Positions 7,462-15,895 of a DNA stretch of 42,530 nt are shown here, in pieces (positions within the stretch are counted from its first letter, which is position 1; each line of letters begins with the position of its first letter). The DNA is from an uncultured bacterium (GTDB lineage Bacteria > B130-G9): the NCBI GenBank assembly GCA_965372715.1, contig CBDVDH010000031.1, positions 1 through 42,530 on the forward strand, in the 5' to 3' direction. The position numbers were made by a program, and so were the translations under genes. The notes under the pieces are model-generated. The model was not told the origin of the DNA, made no database searches, and saw nothing but the letters and a program-made list of their open reading frames with translations.

Positions 7462-9882
7462 TCATTGATTGGCAGTCGGAGACCGAAGGTCGGAGATTCG
7501 CCGAACGGCGAATTCGATCAATTCGAGGCCCATTGGCGACCTTGCAGACACTGGCCCGTGGGCGGTCCATTTGCCCGTCGTCTCGATGTCAACCAGCCAG
7601 TAGTTGTAGGAAACGCCCGGCTCAACGTTCATGTCCGTGAAGCTGTATGAGGCGCCGGACGCTGGACCACCTCTCGCGGCGATCAGGTCGCTCATCTGCT
7701 CATAGTCTTGCGCGCCCGCGATCATCCTGAACAGCACGAACCCGGCGTTGTCAATCTCAGCGCCCGTCTGCCATGTCAGGCAGATGTTTGAGCCTTCAGC
7801 GCGCGCGTCAAACGACACGAGCTCGATTGCCGTGATGCCCCAATACCTATAATGGAAGCCCATATCAACATCGTCTGCGGTCGTCATATCGAGGTACCCA
7901 CCGATGTCGGTGATATACCTCGAATTGGAGCCGCCGCCGTAGGGATTCACACTCATATTTCCCACATCGATACACAGGCTCTTGTCAGAACCATCCTGGT
8001 CCAGGAAATAGTCATCGTAATCAACAACGCTACCACCCAGCGTGCGGAACTCAGGATCCGAGTTGATGTTACCGGCTCCGGAATACCCGCCCTGGACATC
8101 CGAGTAGGTGATCGTAATCGTCGAGCTGTCCTTGAGGCAGACTTCCCCACCACTGTCCCCCCACAGAATACAGTTCGTCATCGATGGAGAGGGGTCATCC
8201 ACGGCGCAATATATGCCACCACCCTGGCTAGCAGAGTTGTGTGCCACTGTGCAGTTAATGAAGCTAGGGGCCGTGCCCGTCGAGGAACAGCAAATGCCGC
8301 CGCCGGTGTTGGCGCTATTCCCGATGATCAGGCAGTTTTCGATCGTTGGCGATGAGTTACACGTCGCGGATATGCCGCCGGCGTCGTCCTGCGTCGAGTT
8401 ATACGCGATAACGCAGTCAGAAATAGTTGGCGAAGACTCCCAGCACTGGATACCTCCGCCGGAATACGTGGGCGTATTGTGAGCGATAACACAGTCGTCG
8501 ATTGTCGGGCAAGCGTTGTCCCAGCACCCAATGCCGCCTCCGCGAATTGCATGGTTGTAGGTTATCTTGCATTTGCTTATGGACGGAGACGAACCATAGC
8601 ACAGGATGCCACCGCCAAGCTGCCAAGGGCTACTCGCCTCGCCCCTGCTGCCGCCGGTGATCGTGAGACGGTTAACGGCCGCGCCATCCACGTGATCGAA
8701 GAGAATCACACGGTTTGTCCCATCCGCATCGACGGTTACCGTCTTTGCGGACGTACCTCTTATTCTCACGTAGTCTTCCATATTGAGTGGGAAAGTCTCA
8801 CCCAATGACGTATCATACGTTCCCGCTGCAACGTGGATCGTCACGCGATAGGCCGCGCTGCCTGAGGCCTGCGTCAGGGCATAAGTGATCGTCTTCCAGG
8901 GATTGGCGCTCGTCCCGTTGCCGGTTGTGTCGCTGCCAGTGTTCGCTGAGACGTAGTAGTCGCAAAGCGCCACATAAACCTCTGCCCAAATCTCACCTGA
9001 TGACGAATCGGGATGTGCCGCAGAACCGCCGAATTTGTAGAATTTGCCAGCAATCACGGTTCCGCCGAAATCGCGCCCTAGGTAGTTGTTGTCCTCGACA
9101 CGCTCCCAGCTGTCCGTGTGAGGATCATACTTAAGTGTAACGGAGTCTTCGCCCTTCTCGCGGTCACCATAGACGTAAATGTGGCTGCCAATCACTCCGG
9201 CGACTGCGCAGTTCATCACATACGGCATGTTCGTCTTTGTGTCCCACGTATTTGTGAAGACGTCATATTCCCACGTGTTGGTGTGTCCTCCATGGTAGCC
9301 GCCTGCAAACACATATATCTTGTCGCCATACACCGCCGCTCCCGGCTGGCCTCTTGGGCTAGGGAGTGAGGCCCTGTCGGACAACCACGTGTTGGTAGCT
9401 ATATCGTAGGCCTGAACCCGATCCGTGTTATGGCCTCCTATCAGGTAAATCACGCCGTGGTGGACCACCGCGCGGGTCCCCCACGGCGGATTCGGAATAT
9501 TTGCTCCGTTTGCCCAGCTGTCCGCATCTGGATCGTAGATCTCTACCTTTGGAGAGGCTGATTCGTCGCTACCACCGAGGACATAGATCTTGTCCTGATA
9601 GGTGACAGCATCTGCTCCTCCGCGGGCTGTGGGCATCGCCGCCATTTCCGTGTAATCATCGGCATCGGGGTCGTATTTCCAAACGACCGTAGAATACGCT
9701 CCCCCACCAGATCCGCCAAATATATACACGTTGCCATGCCAAGCGGCCACGGCAACATTCTTCTGGGCTTCCGGCAAATCCGCTAATACTTCCCAGCCCG
9801 TTGCATAGGCGCCGGCTACCATGGTCACGAGAACCGTGATCGCGGTGGCGAGCGTCAATCTCATTTCTCTGCGAACGTACAT
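7462..9882 (-). CDS. secreted multidomain protein: Kelch propeller + DUF1565 + right-handed beta-helix + C-terminal Ig/FN3-like domain
   Basis: RBS GGAGGAGG before ATG 9882; signal peptide; about six Kelch repeats (IYVLGG..YDP..W); YYVSANTGSD..GNGTSANPWKTITYAL; repeated GGGI-C units; C-terminal AIELVSFDA..WQTGAEIDNAGF. Confidence 0.88.
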   Translation of the reverse strand: MYVRREMRLTLATAITVLVTMVAGAYATGWEVLADLPEAQKNVAVAAWHGNVYIFGGSGGGAYSTVVWKYDPDADDYTEMAAMPTARGGADAVTYQDKIYVLGGSDESASPKVEIYDPDADSWANGANIPNPPWGTRAVVHHGVIYLIGGHNTDRVQAYDIATNTWLSDRASLPSPRGQPGAAVYGDKIYVFAGGYHGGHTNTWEYDVFTNTWDTKTNMPYVMNCAVAGVIGSHIYVYGDREKGEDSVTLKYDPHTDSWERVEDNNYLGRDFGGTVIAGKFYKFGGSAAHPDSSSGEIWAEVYVALCDYYVSANTGSDTTGNGTSANPWKTITYALTQASGSAAYRVTIHVAAGTYDTSLGETFPLNMEDYVRIRGTSAKTVTVDADGTNRVILFDHVDGAAVNRLTITGGSRGEASSPWQLGGGILCYGSSPSISKCKITYNHAIRGGGIGCWDNACPTIDDCVIAHNTPTYSGGGIQCWESSPTISDCVIAYNSTQDDAGGISATCNSSPTIENCLIIGNSANTGGGICCSSTGTAPSFINCTVAHNSASQGGGIYCAVDDPSPSMTNCILWGDSGGEVCLKDSSTITITYSDVQGGYSGAGNINSDPEFRTLGGSVVDYDDYFLDQDGSDKSLCIDVGNMSVNPYGGGSNSRYITDIGGYLDMTTADDVDMGFHYRYWGITAIELVSFDARAEGSNICLTWQTGAEIDNAGFVLFRMIAGAQDYEQMSDLIAARGGPASGASYSFTDMNVEPGVSYNYWLVDIETTGKWTAHGPVSARSPMGLELIEFAVRRISDLRSPTANQ

Positions 9883-10012
9883 TTTTCTCCTCCTCCAAGA
9901 AAAATACTTGTTTCGTCTCTGTGAAATCACAAAAGCACGAACATTCATCCCATCCCAGATTCCATCAGCCGATAGGCATCACCTCCCACGAATATCTCTC
10001 ATCGTTCAATAC

Positions 10013-10099
10013 AAGGGCGATTTGACGTTCCGTCGCGCTCCCGCTTTGTGAATCGCCCCTACAATTCCATCTAGGGCGGGTCAAAGACCACGCCACTAC
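10013..10099. repeat. degenerate GTAG-type REP hairpins
   Basis: Minus strand GTAGGGGCGATTCAC...AAATCGCCCTT with an internal insert, next to GTAGTGGCGTGGTCTTTGACCCGCCC. Confidence 0.6.
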
Positions 10100-10286
10100 A
10101 CGTCACAACTCACGCGCACGATTCTTTCTCCATAGAACGTGCTTACAGGTTATGCAAAGGAAGGGAGATTGCGGGTGGATTCCCCGCTGAGAAAGGAAGA
10201 CAGGACAGAAGGCTGACCTAATGTCCTATTCTCGTTTCCGACTCCCTACTCACATTTTACTCGCATTTTCTCTGTGTCAATATACA

Positions 10287-10315
10287 ACGATATGTCGGCG
10301 TTGGTCTGATGTCAA
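10287..10315 (-). promoter_or_regulatory. putative sigma70 promoter upstream of the Kelch gene
   Basis: Minus strand TTGACA-N17-TATCGT in an AT-rich stretch; a second TTGACA lies about 35 nt downstream. Confidence 0.4.
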
Positions 10316-10458
10316 CTGGTTTTTTGAGAGGAGTTTTCGTAATATTATGCCTTGATGCGGCTGGAAACGTGGTAGCGGGGTGAGTTTGAGGGATTCCGGC
10401 GCCAGAAACTTTTGCAGTCTGGTCAGGAGGCGGGACTGTTCGAGAGTGATGCTTCAAT

Positions 10459-10661
10459 GCCCTGAAGGGGCATCATGTGGGTAGCCGTGGGTTTCAACCC
10501 ACGGATCAAGGCCAACAGAGCGACCTTTCAACCCTGAAGGGGTTGAACAAAGAGGAACCGTACGGAGAGTGTTCAACCCCTTCAGGGTCGAGGATGTCTG
10601 TGGATCGAACCGATTCCGTGGGTTGCACCCACGGCTACCATTGTGGTCCCCCTTCGGGGAA
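10459..10661. repeat. ~200-bp nested inverted repeat resembling HUH (IS200/RAYT-like) transposase-associated palindromic elements
   Basis: Hairpins CCCTGAAGGG, GGTAGCCGTGGGTTTCAACCCACGG and TTCAACCCTGAAGGGGTTGAA are mirrored by TTCAACCCCTTCAGGGTCGA, CCGTGGGTTGCACCCACGGCTACC and CCCCTTCGGGG. Confidence 0.75.
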
Positions 10662-10872
10662 CCGAAACGCAGCATCACGTCAACCCTAATTCCACTTTTT
10701 TCTTGACCAAAACCAAGCCGCACAGCCAACAACCCAACACTCCTTAATCAGAGAATACGAAAACTCCCGTTATTTGTGGAGCTGTGTTGCAGCGGGCTGG
10801 CGCTAGTGATACGGTTCTTGACGCTATGGGCTGGACAGCGGCACTGCAAATGCACAACACAATCGAGGCGGT

Positions 10873-13245
10873 TTGTCCGTGAAGGTCGCGGGTCTTTGTA
10901 GATTACTCTTTGCTGTTGTTCTATCCGCTGTCGTAACAGTGGTCGCGGTCATGTGGGCTCAGCGGCATGGAGTGGCTGAAAAACGCCCGGCCGAGCGAAC
11001 CGGTTACTGGAACATGATCGATTCGCTCGAAAAGGGCCGCGTAGTCTCGACCGCCACCGCGTCCGTCCTATTGCCGTTTGCGGACGTGATGACCAACAAC
11101 GATTCGTATCTTGTGGCCAACAGGTGGGGCATGAAAAAGAAGGTCACGATAGCAAACGAGCAGCGAAGCGCCGTCTTCGCGCCCAGCGCGACATCAATAG
11201 AATGCTGCGTAAACGTTCCAGCGGGCGGGGTCCTCGATTTCGGCTACGGCATCTCGCCGGACGCCTGGCCAAGGGCCGGCGATGGGTGCGAATTCGAGAT
11301 TGTTCTCGAAGACGCCGATGCGAATGAGCGTCTTTTCTCGCACTACATCAATCCCAAGATGCGGAAGGAGGACCGCAAATGGTTCGATGTTCGGCTGGAC
11401 CTTTCGCCCTGGGCCGGCAAGGACGTTACGCTGACTTTCTCAACACGCGGAACCTACCGCGTCAAGCCGCCATTCAAGCGGCAGCCTGACGTGCGATACG
11501 ACTATGCCCTGTGGAGCAACCCATTCATCGCTCGAGACGATGAGTGGCAGACAAATGCCAACGTCATATTGATCAGCATCGACACGCTGCGCGCGGACCA
11601 CGTGTCGTGCTATGGCTACGATAGAGACACCACGCCGAATATCGATGCCCTGGCCGCTGACTCAGTGGTGTTTGAGCAGGCGATCACGCCCGCCCCGTGG
11701 ACGCTGCCCGCGCACGCCTCGCTCTTCACCGGGCTTCTGCCGTCCCAGCACGGCGTCCAGAACTTCTACCAGAACCTGTCGGACGAGGCGCTGACACTTG
11801 CGGAGGTGCTTCGGGCCAGGTCGTTTCTCACACTCGGCGTCGCGAGTTTCGAGTATCTGTTTCCCGATTACGGCCTTGCGCAGGGATTTGACGAGTACTT
11901 CTTTCGTTATCCACTCAGGGCCGAGAAGATCGTCGAAAAAGCGCTCGACATGCTTGACAGACATCGCGGCAAACGGTTCTTCATGTTCCTGCACTTTTTC
12001 GATCCGCACGATCCGTACAATCCGCCGGCGCCCTACAACGGCATGTTCTGCCCCTTCGGAGAGAAGGGGTGTCTCAAGACGCAACATAGAAGCCCCATAA
12101 AGGCCTTTCTCGGCGAGCGCAGGCGCCCAACTCATCGCGATATGGAGGCCGTAATCGCGCTTTATGATGGCGAGATCAGGTTCGTTGACGAGCAGCTCTT
12201 TTTTCTATTTGAGCGGCTCAAGGAACTCGACGTGTGGGACAACACGATGCTAGTCGTTACGTCCGACCACGGTGAGGAGTTCTGGGACCATGGATCGCTT
12301 TCGCACGGCTTTAGGCTCTATGAGGAGCAGATCAGGGCGCCACTCATCGTGAAGCTGCCTCGTTCTCGGAATGCCGGAACCAGGGTCGAACGCCAGGTCG
12401 GGCTGATCGATGTGGCGCAAACGGTCTTCGCCGAGCTAGGGATTGAGGAGGATGCCGACGGCCCCGGCAGGTCGCTCTTCTCTCGGCCGAATCTCGAGCT
12501 GGCAGAGAAGCGATATTACGTATCGGAGACCGTGGCGCACGGCATCAAGAGGCTTTGCCTACGGACCAACATCCTCAAGTACATCACGCCCAACTGCTAC
12601 AACTACAAGGGCTTGAGCTACCGCAGTCCAGAGCTGCTCTACGATCTCCAAAACGATCCGCACGAGACAGAGAATCTCATCGCCCCTGAGGCCGAACTCG
12701 TAGCGTTGCTCAGAAAAGACGCCTACGAGCACCTGTTTGGCCTCTCCTCACCCGGTTGGCAGCTTCTGTTCTCAACGCCAAATCGGCAATCGAAGTTCTC
12801 GGGCACTATTCGGACCGAAGGCCGCCTCAAGAACGTCTATAGCCTGACGTGCCTCGGCGAGACGGTTACTTGCGACGGCCACTCCATTGAGTTCTCAAAA
12901 GTGGTCGAGACTTACGAAAGCTCGCTTTCGTTCCAGGTGGAGCCGCTGGACGCGCCGATCGAGATTGAGATTCAGATCGACGATAGTCTGGAGTGCCTCG
13001 ACCGTATCCTGTTGGCTGCGAGCACGAGGCATCCATCATCCAACCCGTTCACGCTCACTGTCGAGGAGGCGCCAGCCGACGTCGAGAGCCTGATCGCGGC
13101 GTCGGAAGGCAGGGGCAACCGGGAGCGCGTCCTGATCTTCTGCGTCCCGGGCACTGCAGAGCAGCCCTTGAGGCGAAGTGTCGGAACGGTTAAGATCGAC
13201 GCCAGGAGGCATGAGGCGCTGAAAACGCTTGGATACGTGAGGTAG
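10873..13245 (+). CDS. membrane-anchored sulfatase-like (alkaline phosphatase superfamily) hydrolase/transferase
   Basis: NVILISIDTLRADH, APWTLPAHASLFTG, FLHFFDPHDPY, YDGEIRFVD, TSDHGEEF, ELLYDLQNDPHE, C-terminal LKTLGY; N-terminal TM helix and beta-sandwich. Confidence 0.92.
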   Translation: MSVKVAGLCRLLFAVVLSAVVTVVAVMWAQRHGVAEKRPAERTGYWNMIDSLEKGRVVSTATASVLLPFADVMTNNDSYLVANRWGMKKKVTIANEQRSAVFAPSATSIECCVNVPAGGVLDFGYGISPDAWPRAGDGCEFEIVLEDADANERLFSHYINPKMRKEDRKWFDVRLDLSPWAGKDVTLTFSTRGTYRVKPPFKRQPDVRYDYALWSNPFIARDDEWQTNANVILISIDTLRADHVSCYGYDRDTTPNIDALAADSVVFEQAITPAPWTLPAHASLFTGLLPSQHGVQNFYQNLSDEALTLAEVLRARSFLTLGVASFEYLFPDYGLAQGFDEYFFRYPLRAEKIVEKALDMLDRHRGKRFFMFLHFFDPHDPYNPPAPYNGMFCPFGEKGCLKTQHRSPIKAFLGERRRPTHRDMEAVIALYDGEIRFVDEQLFFLFERLKELDVWDNTMLVVTSDHGEEFWDHGSLSHGFRLYEEQIRAPLIVKLPRSRNAGTRVERQVGLIDVAQTVFAELGIEEDADGPGRSLFSRPNLELAEKRYYVSETVAHGIKRLCLRTNILKYITPNCYNYKGLSYRSPELLYDLQNDPHETENLIAPEAELVALLRKDAYEHLFGLSSPGWQLLFSTPNRQSKFSGTIRTEGRLKNVYSLTCLGETVTCDGHSIEFSKVVETYESSLSFQVEPLDAPIEIEIQIDDSLECLDRILLAASTRHPSSNPFTLTVEEAPADVESLIAASEGRGNRERVLIFCVPGTAEQPLRRSVGTVKIDARRHEALKTLGYVR

Positions 13246-13247
13246 GG

Positions 13248-13451
13248 ATGGGGAAGTTCCTCATAATCTTCGGCTTTGCAATTGTCCTGTTGGGCGTGAT
13301 TGTCTCGGTCGCGCCGAGGCTCGGTTTGGGCCATCTGCCGGGCGACATCCTGATCAAGCGCAAGAACTTTACGCTTTACATACCAATCGCCTCCAGTATA
13401 TTGATAAGCGTCATTTTGACGTTGCTATTGAACCTTTTCAGGCGGAGATGA
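13248..13451 (+). CDS. DUF2905 family small membrane protein
   Basis: LGHLPGDILIKRKNFTLYIPIASSILISVILT signature. Confidence 0.92.
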   Translation: MGKFLIIFGFAIVLLGVIVSVAPRLGLGHLPGDILIKRKNFTLYIPIASSILISVILTLLLNLFRRR

Positions 13452-13496
13452 GGCGTCCGAAGGACGGCTCCGCATAAGACCTGGGAGACCTTTGCT

Positions 13497-14300
13497 ATGA
13501 CAAGTCCTATCGTTACGCTTACGACAGATTTTGGGACCCGGGACAACTACGCGGCCGCCGTGAAGGCCGTGATGCTCAACATAAATCCGGACCTCAACAT
13601 CGTCGATATCACGCACGAGGTCAGGCGCCACGACATAATGGAAGCCTGTTTCCTTATCGCCAACACGTATCATTACTTCCCGAACTGGTCCATCCACGTC
13701 GTCGTTGTCGATCCAACTGTAGGTAGCAGCCGAAGACCACTCGTTGCGTCGATCAACAGCCATCATTTCATCGCGCCTGATAACGGCGTGCTTTCGGGTC
13801 TCTATCAAGACCCTGAGGACATAAGCGTCTATGCAATCAAGGCCGAGCATTATTACTTAAGGCCGTTGTCGTCAACGTTCCACGGGCGGGACATCTTCGC
13901 CCCGGTCGCGGCCTGGATGGCGAAGGGCATCGAGATGGAGAACTTTGGGGACAAGATCGACGACTACGTCGATCTCAAGCTGCCCGCGCCTGTTGTTGGT
14001 GAAGAAGGCGAGCTAGAAGGTGAAGTTATCCACATCGATTCGTTCGGGAACCTCATCACCAACGTTACCCGAGCCCAGTTCGAGGAGATGCTCGAGGAGG
14101 CCGAGAAGCACGCCTTTGAGCTCAAGATCGGCGACCAGACCTTGTCTGAAATCAAGCGGCTTTACGCGGAGTGCAAAAAGGACAGCCCGGCGGCGCTTTT
14201 TGGCAGCACCTCCCAGCTCGAGGTCGCGGCCAAGCAGAGAAGCGCGAGGGAGCTACTCGGTCTCGAAAAAGGCGCGAAGTTCACGCTGAAATTCTTGTAG
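13497..14300 (+). CDS. SAM hydroxide adenosyltransferase / SAM-dependent halogenase family (DUF62)
   Basis: TLTTDFG, VDITHEV, VVVVDPTVGSSRR, IAPDNG, STFHGRDIFAPVAA, IDSFGNLITN. Confidence 0.94.
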   Translation: MTSPIVTLTTDFGTRDNYAAAVKAVMLNINPDLNIVDITHEVRRHDIMEACFLIANTYHYFPNWSIHVVVVDPTVGSSRRPLVASINSHHFIAPDNGVLSGLYQDPEDISVYAIKAEHYYLRPLSSTFHGRDIFAPVAAWMAKGIEMENFGDKIDDYVDLKLPAPVVGEEGELEGEVIHIDSFGNLITNVTRAQFEEMLEEAEKHAFELKIGDQTLSEIKRLYAECKKDSPAALFGSTSQLEVAAKQRSARELLGLEKGAKFTLKFL

Positions 14301-14503
14301 TTGCCCGTTGGCAGTTAGCCGTTGACAGTTCATCGCCCCGCTTCAACCGAGGCGGCGGGATGGCTACCATTGCATTAGCCCCAGCTGAAGAGGCCGTCCA
14401 AGTGAGTGCTGGTGTGTGCTGGGACAGTGATTCGAGCGGGTCCATTTTATAGGGTAGTTGCGCCTAACCAAGCGCTCGTTTGACTACGGCGCCAGTTCCG
14501 CCA

Positions 14504-14677
14504 TTTGGAGTGCGGTGGCTTGACGCCGCTTTCATTGGCGGTGACCTGGCACCGCCTTCCCAGAAGTGCTTTCTTGGCGGTGAACGGACGATTTCATGAA
14601 CCGGGAATGATCAATCGGAGCGGGTGCCGCGTCAGGCCGCGGCGAGCCAAAGCGGCGTCAGGCCGCCGCACTCCAAA
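14504..14677. repeat. REP/BIME-like composite palindromic repeat (intact copy)
   Basis: TTTGGAGTGCGGTGGCTTGACGCCGCTTT at one end and inverted AAAGCGGCGTCAGGCCGCCGCACTCCAAA at the other, plus an internal hairpin GCCGCGTCAGGCCGCGGC. Confidence 0.85.
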
Positions 14678-14887
14678 AGGCCCTCTTTGTTCGGCCCAAT
14701 CTGATTTTTCGGGTCTCTAGTCCCAACTTGACTGTGTATGTTCGCAAATGCTATCTTGGCGGCCGGCAGCGTGGGTTGAGAAACCGCAGGCTGTTTTTGG
14801 TATGGTTTGACGTTGTTTAGTAGGATTGGTCGGGTGAGTGGGTCTTTTTCCGCTCCCGCTAACTTAATCGGTCGAATCGGAGGCAGA

Positions 14888-15823
14888 ATGGCAGTAAAAC
14901 TTAAGGGGCGCGACCTTCTTACGCTTGGCGACCTCACGGTTGAGGAGATTATCCAGATACTCGAATACGCGCAGACGCTCAAGATGAGGCATTTGGCTGG
15001 CGAGGAGCATAGGCTCCTTGCGGGGAAGACCATCGCAATGATATTCCAGAAGCCGTCGCTTAGGACGCGTGTGTCCTTCGAGATTGGCGCGAATAATCTG
15101 GGAGCTCACGCTGTATATCTGGCGCCAGGGGACATCAGTCTGGGCGAGCGAGAAGGCGTGGTGGACGTCGCGAAGGTTCTCTCGCGCTACGCGGACTGCA
15201 TTGTGGCTAGAGTCTTTGCGCATCAGACTGTGGCCGACCTCGCGGAGCATGCGAGCGTCCCGGTCATAAATGCGTTGTGCGACACCTACCATCCTTGTCA
15301 GGTTCTGGCCGATCTGCTGACGATATGGGAGAAAAAGGGCGAATTCGAGGGCCTCAAGCTCGCATTCATCGGCGACGGCAACAACATGTCGAACTCGCTG
15401 ATGCTCGGCTGCGGGACAGTTGGGATGGACGTCAGCGTCGCCACGCCACAGAATTACGAGCCGAACCTAAGGATCGTCGAAAAGGCGCGCGAGAAAGCCT
15501 CGGCGAAAGGCGGCGAGATACTGATCACCGGCGACCCGAAAGAGGCCATAAAGGATGCCGACGTTGTTTATACGGACACGTGGACTGGAATGGGTCAAGA
15601 AGACGAGGCCGACAAGAGGAAGAAGGACTTCGCGGGTTACGGCCTCAACACTGAGCTGGTGTCGCGGGCGGCCCCGGATGCTATAATCCTGCACTGCTTG
15701 CCTGCCCGTTATGGCGAGGAGATAACGTTTGAGCTCGTCCATGACGACCCGAGGTCGGCGGTTTTCGACCAGTCCGAAAACCGGATGCACGTGCAGAAAG
15801 CGGTGCTTGCGCTACTGATATGA
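14888..15823 (+). CDS. argF: ornithine carbamoyltransferase
   Basis: FQKPSLRTRVSF, HPCQVLAD, GDGNNM, DVVYTDTWTGMGQE, HCLPA, QSENRMH; RBS GGAGG. Confidence 0.93.
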   Translation: MAVKLKGRDLLTLGDLTVEEIIQILEYAQTLKMRHLAGEEHRLLAGKTIAMIFQKPSLRTRVSFEIGANNLGAHAVYLAPGDISLGEREGVVDVAKVLSRYADCIVARVFAHQTVADLAEHASVPVINALCDTYHPCQVLADLLTIWEKKGEFEGLKLAFIGDGNNMSNSLMLGCGTVGMDVSVATPQNYEPNLRIVEKAREKASAKGGEILITGDPKEAIKDADVVYTDTWTGMGQEDEADKRKKDFAGYGLNTELVSRAAPDAIILHCLPARYGEEITFELVHDDPRSAVFDQSENRMHVQKAVLALLI

Positions 15824-15895
15824 GTACTTCTCACGAGGGTTTGCTGAAGCAAAGTCATCTGAGATACAACCTAGCCTTTTGCATGGAGGATGCCC

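Noticed and set aside
9883-10286. Riboswitch in the long leader of the Kelch gene
   Set aside because: No motif I could recognise; the visible structure is explained by REP hairpins. An Rfam scan would be needed to exclude one.
13497-14300. Fluorinase/chlorinase
   Set aside because: The HGRD motif and housekeeping context fit the common DUF62 SAM hydrolase; there is no halometabolite cluster.
14888-15823. N-acetyl/succinyl-ornithine carbamoyltransferase because of SLRT
   Set aside because: YTDTWTGMGQE and HCLPA match ordinary OTCase rather than the acetyl/succinyl variants.
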